NCBI GenBank assembly: GCA_051294375.1
Contig: CM119268.1
Coordinates: 7,588,632 to 7,652,631, forward strand
Reading direction: 5' to 3'
From: Paraspadella gotoi
Taxonomy: Eukaryota > Animalia > Chaetognatha
DNA: 64,000 nucleotides
A program made the position numbers and the translations under genes. Numbering within the stretch: position 1 is the first letter of the stretch; each line of letters starts with the position of its first letter. Positions 50,919-61,875 of this stretch are shown here, piece by piece. The notes beneath the pieces are model-generated. The model was given only the letters and a program-made list of their open reading frames with translations, searched no databases and had not been told where the DNA came from.

Positions 50919-53490
50919 TTATCATTTGGCACAATTTATAAAAATATACCGAAACAACTTTCCGTGAACGAGAAGAGAGCCAAAGCCGCGATGCAGAAGA
51001 CGCCAAAAGCAACCTTCGAGGCATACGCTGGAGAAGCATGGAGTAAATGAAACTCCCGCGAGAAAGAATTCGAATCAACTTTATTTTCTCGACTACATAG
51101 CGCTCTTGGAATCCCGATGACAAAATGTGTTCAGTAGACGTATAACGTGGCGAATCGGCTTACCTGAAAGATTGGGCCGATATATCAGGTAGGCAGAAGG
51201 AAAAACTCTTCTGCAAAAAAGATGCTTAAACATACCGCTTTTAAAAAATCGATATTTGTCGGCATTCGAGGATTTATGTGTGCTGCGAGCCGAGGTGTTT
51301 GTGCTCCATTTTTTGCTTTTTTGTTCTTCTTGTTTGAAATTCAGCTTTTCACAGTTATAAGTGGATACAGCCCAGCTAGCCGGTAAAGTTCCGGCCAAAT
51401 TCCGGCCATGTTGCGGTGAGGAGAATGTCGCCCACACCAAATTCGGTGGACCAGAAATCGACCCAAAAAATCGTCATGAATGACGAACTACGGAAAGTCG
51501 AAAAATCAGCAGTAAGATAAAAAATCCGTTAGATTATGAAAAATTCTAAGAAATGCTAGGAGGGCATAAAAAAATAAAAAACATAAAGACGCCGAAAATT
51601 ATCGATCCGAAGATTTTTTACAGAGAAAAATCTAAAGTTGCTAAATTGAAAAACTAACCCAGTTAACTAATTCCTAAAAAAAGGATAGTTCGATAGCTAA
51701 AATTAAAATATATTATTAATATTAATATCTCACAAGTTGGTCCAGCGCCCCGAAAAGAAAAAAAGACAACGGATCCAGCGCACAACGAAGACGAATCGAG
51801 AAGTTTACGCTCTCAGAGATGAGAAAAATTGGCTAAACTGAACGTTTTTCAATATCTATCTTTTCTGCAATTATCCTGCTCGAGGAACTTATCGCATATC
51901 CGCATGTTCAAAGATTCACAGTTTCATAAAAATTATCTTTTATAATTGGTTCATGTTGCATCTTTACAGGAATTTTAGTTCATTTATTAAAAGGATCCAT
52001 CAAAAGATATATATACAATTAAATTAAACTATGGATGCCTACTCCGAAGGCTCGACATCGAAAACGACATCATGTGGGCGCAAGCCGATTTAGAGAACAG
52101 ACCGGCAACAAACTTTTCGGGCGAGTTCCCGGTTCGCCAGGGACTTCGGGAGGACGCCCGCAGAGAAAGAGACCGATTTCGATTGCAGCGTCAGAGCTCC
52201 AGTTCAGCGATAGTGACGGCGCCTCACGAACATTCGGCAGAGCTAACTGCATCTGGGCGAAGAACTTCGCCGCCCGCTTTTGAACCAAAAAGGCCGCAAC
52301 TGTCCACCTCATCGCCGGCCTGTCTGCTGATGGACTTCAGCTCCCCACATTCATCGTCGGACAGCGGCGATGAAAGTATACTTCAAAGGACGGACTTCCG
52401 CAGCGATGGCAAACTGGGTGATGGTGAGGAGGATGGCATCAGGAGGGCGGGAAAGAAAGGCCAGGCAAAAACTCTCAGGGGTTTATTTGGACGGCGAGGA
52501 ATGACGAACCTCTGTCCAGAAGATAAGAAGAAGGAGCGGACGAATGAAGAAATCCTCCTTCGCCTCGCCAAAATTCGTCCGACCCTGGCGTACCTCATCA
52601 TTCCAATTTTCAAGAGTCATCCATTGACAGACGAGGCCGCGCGACTGTCTCCACGACGCCGTCGTCATCTTCTGAGAATTCGGGACTGCCAGCAGTTTCA
52701 GTTATATGAAAAGTGACGAAACTACGACACAACCTCGATCGGCCTATATATCGGAAGGAAGGAGAGCATCCAAAGCCAGTTAGGTCACGCCTTCACCAAA
52801 CGGAGTTAGAGTTGATGGACCGAGGTGGGCCCAGCTAGAAAATTCGTTAGTCATCGGCAGAGCCAGGAGTTGTTGAAAGCGGAGATTGGGCATAAGGCGG
52901 AGGTTTTAGAATCAAGATTGAGAAGCTGGAGCAGGAGTAGAGAGAGACGGAGAGGATGATTGAAGCAGAGGTGGAGGCTGCGAAGGGGAAGGGTGCGACG
53001 AGGTGTGAGCAGAGGCGAGCAACCTAAACCCGGAACGCCTCTGCGAGCCAGGACATGCGGGCCAAAAATGTATGACCGCCTGGAAACAGACTTTCTTCAC
53101 CCGCCGGGAGTCGGAGCGAGGCCGTTTGGCGTCGCACTATTTCGTGAGGAAGCCGGTCAGTCTGATCTTCCGACTCTCAAAGTTTCGTATCCACCGCCCG
53201 GCAGGAAACAAATTCACATTAATTCGCCGCCACGCCACACGTCAGATGCCCTGGCGCCCGAAAAGAAAGAAGCTGCCGACCTCTCCAGCCAAGTTCACCG
53301 CCTTCCGCCTCCACCGCCGGAGACTGGGAGTACCCCGGATTGCGGCGAAGCAAGGGCCACCAAGAAGCGTGAATCGATGAACTATTTTTTAACTGGAAAC
53401 TCAGTCGCGTCGGCATGTCAGAATGCCCGGAGCCGGCCTCTCTAGAGCCGCGACCGCGAATCACACGCACGTTGTCCATATGGCTGTCCC
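50919..53490 (+). mobile_element. Intron-containing pogo/Fot1/Tigger-like (DDE_1) transposase gene, frameshifted
   Basis: Read across frameshifts: psq-HTH-like NIP(E)TTFRER (~50943-50971); CENP-B HTH-like LGIPMTK (51105-51125) and YKWIQ in the next exon (~51356). DDE_1 motifs: FSDSDG (~52200), TVHLIAGLSADGLQLPTFIV (52299-52358), KGRTSAAMANW, VYLDG (D at 52490), then LCPE...ILL..PNSSD.AYL..IFK ending ~35 codons later. A K/E coiled-coil tail follows. GT-AG sites lie at ~50918, ~51189, ~51354 and 51969. Confidence 0.6.
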
Positions 53491-54329
53491 TAGAGAAGCA
53501 ATTCCTTTTTATCTTGCATAATACGTATTTATTGAGTTCTGTATGCCCTGCGGTACCGTTTGACTAGTAAAACTTTTAATTCGACAGGATCCGAACTAGT
53601 AAGATAAATCGTTAAAACATCTGAAGGGGAAAAAGAAAAAATTGAGTTATTAAAACAAATTAAATAAATATAATAAATAAATAAACAAAACTGGCTATAC
53701 ACAAAATTCACTTAACGAAACGATCTAAAGAACGTCACAAAAAAAAATTGATGAAAAAAATTTTAAACCGTCCATTCAGAATTCAAAAACAAGAATGAGA
53801 AACTTGTTTTGAGGTTGCCAGCACCTGGAGCAACGGAAGCAGGAAAAAAATTACTCCGAAAGCAGACTACCATCGAACGCTACGAGTCAGCGTGAACTGA
53901 TTATAGTGGGACCTTAAGCCAACTCGACAAATTGACTACACTTTAACCTGAAACATTAACACTAAGACAATGTAATTAAATTTTATTTATTTCTGTATGG
54001 GGCAAATTGCAAAAAAAGAAATTATCAAAATCAATTTCAGGTTTTTTCTATTTAGTACAGTGTTTTATCAATCTGTACAAATCAATTTATCTTGTAAAAA
54101 CTCACAAGCAAGGGGAGAAAAAGACCAAAGGAAAAACTTTCGAAATCAAGATAGTCTTGAAAAACGATAATTAGTGGATAAGCTAGTCTCATAGGGCCTC
54201 TAGTGCGAGCTTGTCATTGTAACCGATTCCGCGGTCAAACACACCAACCCAATGCATGCGCACCCTTATGTTACACATGCACCCTCACGAATTATCAAAC
54301 CAAGCTGTACCAAGATTTAAAATCAATAC

Positions 54330-55681
54330 TGGCGGCCGGAACGTCTACGGGGAGTTCCTCAACGCACGGGACGTCGTCTAACAGAGAAACACCAAATCAC
54401 GCTAAGTCCCAAGCGGTCCAATCTAATGTTGGCCATGCGGCCACGAAGACGTGCGCAGCGGCTTTACGCAAGCCGAGCATTAATGTATTGCCCCTCTGCG
54501 CGGCGCAGTGCAACCGTAACCGACAGGCGCGGTCCGTCCATGAGACGCACTCACGAAAAACGGTTAAGCATTGCCACGTCCCAACTAAAAAAAGCGAATT
54601 CGAATCCAACGGCTCACTCATCAAAAGATCGACGCCCGCTATTTCTCGTCAGCAATAGCGGCGCCGCGTCCCTCGAAGGCGTCGTCAAGGTGACGACGCC
54701 CGGCGGTGAGGCTCGTTAGGACATCGTCGTCCACAGTAGCCCCCAAGGCGCCACGGTCCGTTCGCACTGCCACAGGCAACGTCGGGGCTGTCGTCCAATG
54801 AGAGGCATACCGGGTAGCACGACGCCGGGAGGCATAGGTCTTCTCAAGCGAATCGTCGGTCAGGTTGCAATCTCGCAATGGGACGCCTGCCTCCCTGTTC
54901 GACGCTTGCGATTCCCTCCTTCTTCGAAGGCACGTTCGTCAAAGGAGACGACGCCGCAGTGCTCGCGCGAGGACAAAAAATGGCTACCCCGGTTCTGAGA
55001 CACTATCGACGTCAACGATCGGCCGCCACCGTTCGACGCGGTGTCCCTTCAAGGAGCGACGTATGCCGGCGGTACGTGGCTCATCGGATTGTTCATGGAG
55101 ACGACGCCGGGCCCGTAGCAGAATGATGGAGCCGTCTCGGAGACGGTCAACGTGTGAGGCGCTGAGAGAAAAGTCTACGCCTGTGTTTGCTGAGCCGTCG
55201 AGGCCGTCACGGCAGCCGAATGGAAACGACAAGAGGACGCCGATTGGAGACGACATGCTTGCGGGCGAAACCTCATTGGGGTTGGGACATATGAAACTGG
55301 GGTTACATGCTGAAGCTGGGAAAGTCGAGGCGATCGCATTACGCAAAGAAACATTTGCCACCCGCATAGGCGAAGACCCAGCTGACGTACGGACGGCCTC
55401 TTAATTGTGTTAGTGTATCCGTGTCACCGCTACAGTCGGGAGTGTTTAAAAAAGAGGAGGTCGTGTACGACCTGCGAGCGATCTTGGCGTGGTCATATTG
55501 TAACCACACGATACATGGTTGTCTTATCTGTATTGTAGTCAAGGAGTTAAAAATCTCAAACGTACTGTTTACGCGACGCCACGGGAAGCCCTGCCAGCAT
55601 AAACGGACAGAGGAACACAAAAAAAAGACCCACTTCCCCGGGGTGATAAGGTCCACCAAGCTATATGATACCTTGAGATGA
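54330..55681 (+). pseudogene. GC-rich coding-like block of unknown product downstream of the transposase
   Basis: Overlapping plus-strand ORF fragments (151, 179 and 86 aa), consistent with one frameshifted gene. Confidence 0.35.
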
Positions 55682-57845
55682 GAAAATGGATATATTATTA
55701 TTGGTTTTTGCTTAAGTTTACTTTGTGCTTTGAAGTCGTCCTTTAACACCTACAACCATTCATACATTGGCGAATTACATCATCAAAAGTTACCCGGAGA
55801 CAGAGGGAAACCGCAATCACGTTTTACTGACAGCTGGAATATTCATATTTAGCGGACTTTAGGGCTGAGGCGTTAAACCAGTACCTAAAATACAATCAAT
55901 CTTATTCGTTCTCTAGTTCTATTCACTTCTTTTCTTTTCCTCTCGCCAACATCCCTTACTTTTCACCCTGCATCATCCCGCGAACCATTTCCTTTTTTTT
56001 TCCGCTTTTTTTCACCCCTTTCTTCTCTCCCTGCTTTTTTTTACCTTTCCTTCTCCCCTTCCTCTTAATCTCTTTCCCTTTACACCCAACTCTCACCCTT
56101 ATATTCTACTCTCTTTCTTCTTTCTCTCTCCCTCCTTTTCTCTTCCATTCCTCTTTTCTCTCGCCCTTCCTCCCTCTTTCCTCCCCCTTTCCTCCACTCC
56201 CCCCTCTCTGCCTCGAGATGCCATCAATTTTTATGAGTTCGCTTCTGCCGCATGCGAATGAAGGGAGACGCCGTCGTCTCTCGATGCGAAGTGATACAGG
56301 GCGTAAAGCGGAACGATGATCGCGCTGATACCTCGCGTCTCCGCGTAGATGGCGCGGATGTACAAAGGAAAAAAAAGATGATCCGTGCTCTTTGGTTACG
56401 TTTGACGACGCTCTCTCCGACCCTCAGAGTCAACTGATGTATTTATTCATAAAAATGGTACAATCAATAAAGAATTATCTATTCATTCATAAAAAACAAG
56501 CAAGCTTGCTTCTTGACTTTGACAGGCGACAGTGGGTTTCGGCCTCCATCCCTTTTACAACATTACAAAATTGAAAGACCAAACATTTTACATTGAAAAT
56601 GTGAAATTTTATAGACATATCGCGAAGTCAATGAATTCGAGTCAACGTCATATAATTATACAAAACAAACAAAACAAAAAACAACAGTCATATCTACAAT
56701 ATATCGACTATCCTCNNNNNNNNNNNNNNNNNNNNNNNNNGCCAAATAAATCACGTGATCAACGGCCATGCTACGATTCCTGGGCATCGGAGGAAACAGG
56801 TGACGCAAGACCCCGCGTTTCGCGACGTCGTATCCGCTCGTGGCGGCGCTTCGGGGTAGAAGGCGATTCTGTTCCTCTTTTCCCCCCCCCTACGCTGCCC
56901 CCTCGCTGGGCTCCTCGGGGGAAGCGCGAGATTCCGATGGAGCGGATTCGGAGTAAGTAGAGCGACGCGACGGGGGATAAATTTTAAATCGATGATGGGC
57001 CCGTCCGATTGAGGGTTTGACGGCTGGAGCAGGCCGGGTTGGGGGCCTTGCGGCCGGGGGCGGAATCGATTGGAAGGACGGAGGTTTTTAAGGGGCCGGG
57101 TTATTTTTAAGTCTGGGGGGCAGAGATGGTCGCGTAAATGATGCGCCCATAATTTTCACACGTTGCAATGCAATCATTGACGTGAGTGAGGTTTTTTTTT
57201 AAACACAATTGTATATGCGAAAAAAAAATATTATCGTTAATATTATTGATAAGTTTCGATGACTATACGTGATTTAGCATTTTTAGTGGAAATAGAGCAA
57301 TGAAGGACTTCTAGAAACGGGATGATTAGTGGATTTCGCGGAAGAAGCGATGGAAGAGATCTGATGGACTGCAGCGATCTGAAAGGATTGTCTCCATTCG
57401 GAAAGGAACTGCAGCGATCGAGTCGGCCGAGCGGAGCGGTCGCCATTGAATTGTTACGTCTGTGCCCGACCGTAATGGCCTTGTTCGCTTAAGCGCACAG
57501 CCCCCCTACCCAGTTCTCCCTCGAGGAACCTCGAGATCTGACCGCAATGATTATTCTCGACGAAGGACCGACGACAACAACAACGACATCGACAACGACT
57601 CGAGGATCGACAATGGATCGCCGAAACATCGAGGGGAAGATTGCGAGAGATGTAGAACAGAAACGACCGGGGGGGGACTACAAGGGTTGACCTACATAGA
57701 TTAGAGGGCAGACTTGAGCGTTCAATGCATACCGCGTTTGAGGCATACTGAGATTGAGGCAGATGGTAGTACAAAATTGAAAGTTAATCACAGGGCGATA
57801 CGTCTTTTATATGCCTTTATATCGATAATATGATAAAAAAACAGG

Positions 57846-60800
57846 CAAAAAATATTTATCTGCGATATTTAGCTCAATGCCTGAACCGCTGAGTGACTCT
57901 ACCCAAACGGATTTTAATATTTCATTGTATTTCAAACAAGGTTCCGGGAAGAGCCTTCTGATTTTTAAACATTCCGTAGGCCCAGCGGGTTAGGGACTTC
58001 CAGGTCATATAAAAAAAAAGCTTTCATCTCAAAAAAACATTTAGCCCTCGTCCACACAAATGAATATCAGAAAACTTCCTGCAAGACGGCAAAAACGTGG
58101 GAAGGGCGAAGTTTCTTATAGGACCACATTAAAAGCTTAGATACGCATAGTAATACAAAAAACCTCGTGATTAAGTTGCTAAATAAAATTTAAATACTCG
58201 TGTACACACGTATTACTACCAAACAGGTATAATTATCTGTCCCGCAAACAGGGTAATCACGTTCATTTGAAGCATTGAGGAAGATGAAAGTTCAAATTAG
58301 ACAACCTTATTCTCTTCCTAGTGGTGCTTTGACTGACCTATAATGTCCTAGCGGGACTGGAGGGGTTTCTATTTCAGAGGGCGTGTGGTGTGGGCTCCTA
58401 CTCCGAATAAACTCGGAAGGGCAGAGACTAGCAAGTTCTCATTCCGGCGGAGATCTCGGAGTCATCCCAATACGCTCGCTGAAACGAGCCAAAAATAATT
58501 CTGTCTAAATTAACTTTTTCTTTCATATCGAACAATTCAAGAAAAAGGACGATTGACAAAGCGCAAATAATTTTGCGGCGTTCCGAGCTCCTCGTTTAGC
58601 CGAGACTGCAAATCTCACACACCCGCCAGTGCTCAAACTGAGTTAGGGTATTTCTCCAAAACTGTGTGGTAAGCAATCTGTTTTTTTTGGCTCGGATTCC
58701 AGTCACCGCGAGAGCCGCACACAAGATAACTCTCTCCTTAATTGGCATTTCCACTTCTCTCTCTCTCTCTTACATCTCTCTCTCTTCTACGATGGCTCAT
58801 GGCTGGGCAGTCGGGCTCTCATTATCAAAATCTTTTATGTCCGAGTAGCTCGAAATAAGAATGTAAACTTTAGTAATACATTACTCACCTGCTTCTGTCC
58901 TCGCCCCTCCTCTTAGTGTTACAAATTCCGCAGAGCGGCGACCCCCTACTAATGTAGGTCTCTCAAGCAACAAGATCCCCCTTCGCGCCGCTCATAAACA
59001 CTAACTTTCGTACAAGGTACAAGAGTTTTCAAGCGTCCATGACACCGAACCAAAGAGAAAAGGGACGTGCGGAGAAAAAGAAAAAGCGGATAAAAAAACG
59101 GTGCACCAGAGGAAAAAAGGAGTTAAAAAAAAAGAAAACGAAAAAAAGAACAAGGGGGGAAATTGGCCCTGAAAAAAAAAAATAGAAAGGAATGAAAAAT
59201 AAATGATACGAGAAGGAAAAAAGAAAGACTGAGACCAGGAAAAACGACGAGGTAGAAAAAAAAGTAATTTGGCTCGGAGGCAAAAAGAAAGAAAAAAAAA
59301 AAGGGAGAGAAAAGAGGGCTCCGCACAGGCAAGACCGGTTAAACGATTCGCCCGATCGAGAGACAAAACAATAAAAGTTATGAAGAGAAATCAAAATCTC
59401 ATGTGATACAACGCGTAACCGATGAGAGTGGTCATTAAGAGAAGAGACCTCCGGGAGCAGTCTCAGTCCGCTTCTTCTCTCATCACCTCTTTCTGTTCTG
59501 TATATTCGCTTTGCTACACTTTCTATTTCTTTCCTTGTTCTTTCTTTCTTTCTGCTTGGTCTTCCATTTGGCTTACAAAACGGCATCCACCTTTCAGAGA
59601 GCTTCATCTCAATCTGAGTTATCGTTAATCGCTTAGCCAAAGGAACATTTTAAAGAACTTATTCTCATATCGTACTTATCATAACATTTTCTTATAAATA
59701 GTCTTCAACTATGTTTCCTTAACAATCAATCCATACAAAGGCTTATTTATCTTTCAGCTCGATTTCCTTGTGCTTTCTGCGTTTATGATTCTTTCTTTTT
59801 TCTTTCATTATCTTTCTATTAGTTAATAATTTATTGTTCTCATTATCACCTGAGAGGGGGTGCTTGTTTTCCAAATATATACTTTCTTTTATTTAATTCT
59901 CTTATTTTTCTTTCTTCTGTTCTTTTACGTCGATTATGTAATTTCTCTCTCTATTTCCTATTTTCTTTTTCTATGTTCTTTCTAAAAATTCATACTAATT
60001 TCCGTTTCTTTCTTTGAGTTTTCGTCTCCTTTGCTTTCTCTTTCTCGTTCCGCCCACTTGTGTTTTCATTTGTCTTTTCTTTCTTTCTTATCTGGTTTCT
60101 GTTTTTTTCTTATATATTTCCCTGCTTATTTTTTCTTACCACTAATCTTTTTGGTAAAAAATATTTATCTGCGATATTTAGCTCAATGCTGAACCGCTGA
60201 GTGACTCTACGAAACGGATTTATATATTCATTTATTTCAAACAAGGTTCCGGAAGAGCCTTCTGACTTTTAACATGCCGTAGGCCCAGCGGGTTAGGACT
60301 TCCAGGTCATATAAAAAATAAGCTTTCATCTCAAAAAACATTTAGCCCATCGTCCACACCAAATTGAATATCAGAAAACTTTCCCTGCAAGACGGCAAAA
60401 TTTGGGCGAATGACTTAAAGAAATGCAAATCAGAGGAAGTCAACTTCCCGAGTTTCTCCCAAAACAAGGAAAAACATTCTTGGTTACCAAGTGCTAGTAG
60501 CGTGTTGTAAACTCCAACTGCCAACAGCCGAGAAAAATCATCCATTCATCCGACGATTGACAACGCAAATAATTTTGGGTGCCGAGCTTCGTTTAGCCAC
60601 TGCATCCACACCCGCAGTGCTCAAACTAGTTAAGGGTATTTCTCCAACAACTGTGTAAGCAATTCTTTTTTTNNNNNNNNNNNNNNNNNNNNNNNNNNNN
60701 NNNNNNNNNNNNNNNNNNNNNNNNNNNNNNNNNNNNNNNNNNNNNNNNNNNNNNNNNNNNNNNNNNNNNNNNNNNNNNNNNNNNNNNNNNNNNNNNNNNN

Positions 60801-61362
60801 NNNNNNNNNNNNNNNNNNNNNNNNNNNNNNNNNNNNNNNNNNNNNNNNNNNNNNNNNNNNNNNNNNNNNNNNNNNNNNNNNNNNNNNNNNNTCATTGTCG
60901 AAGCCGAAAAAGAAAAAAAGTAATCCTTCCACGCGTCAGTTGCCTAGCAACGCGAGCGGACCCTTGGGCGCAAAGACATCCCTTCGCGCGCTCATAAACA
61001 CAATTCTGTCAAGTCAAGAGTTTTCAAGCGTCCATGACACCGAACCAAAGAGAAAAGGGGGCGGAGGAAAAAAAAACGATAAAAAAGGAGAAAAAAGGAG
61101 TTTAAAAAAAAGAAAGAAAAAAAGAAAAGGGGGGAAATTGGCTGAAAAAAAAATAGAAAGGATAAAAATAAAGAGAAGGAAAAAAGAAAGACTGAGACCA
61201 GAAAACGACGAGAGAGAAAAAAAGAATGGCTCGGGGAAAAAGAAAGAAAAAAAAAGGGAGAGAAAAGAGGCAGAAACAGATGAACAAAAAAGTAGAGAGA
61301 AATCAAAAGTGACAACGGAACGATGAGAGTCATTAAGAGAAGAGACCCGGGAGTCTTTTTTA
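57846..61362 (+). repeat. Direct duplication: noisy 57846-59460 versus clean 60156-61362 (probable untrimmed read overlap)
   Basis: Both copies begin AAAAAATATTTATCTGCGATATTTAGCTCAATGC and end ...CATTAAGAGAAGAGACC. The first copy carries many indels. Confidence 0.85.
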
Positions 61363-61365
61363 TCC

Positions 61366-61401
<36 letters not shown>

Positions 61402-61836
61402 NNNNNNNNNNNNNNNNNNNNNNNNNNNNNNNNNNNNNNNNNNNNNNNNNNNNNNNNNNNNNNNNNNNNNNNNNNNNNNNNNNNNNNNNNNNNNNNNNNN
61501 NNNNNNNNNNNNNNNNNNNNNNNNNNNNNNNNNNNNNNNNNNNNNNNNNNNNNNNNNNNNNNNNNNNNNNNNNNNNNNNNNNNNNNNNNNNNNNNNNNNN
61601 NNNNNNNNNNNNNNNNNNNNNNNNNNNTCATTCGTTCTTTGTTTCGAATTTGTATTATATATTGATCTTTTTCCCTCTTCTTTCCGTTTGGGAGTAGTTT
61701 ACATTCCAAAGTAAGCGGCCAAACTTCACAGTAAATTAATCACAAACGATAAAAAAATAATAAAGACAAAAAATGAACCGAGAATCTTTGGCAGTTGAAA
61801 GCTCCTTCTTTTCTCCCTTCTCTCTCTCTCTCTCTC

Positions 61837-61875
<39 letters not shown>

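Noticed and set aside
37183-55795. Frameshifts as evidence that the Gypsy and pogo-like elements are ancient and dead
   Set aside because: Indel density is consistent with uncorrected long-read error, so intactness cannot be judged from this sequence.
19600-59450. Nested DNA transposons or a Polinton with multi-kb terminal inverted repeats
   Set aside because: Mirror homology continues block by block all the way to the central gap, and one arm has raw-read error patterns. I saw no DNA polymerase B, capsid or packaging ATPase motifs.
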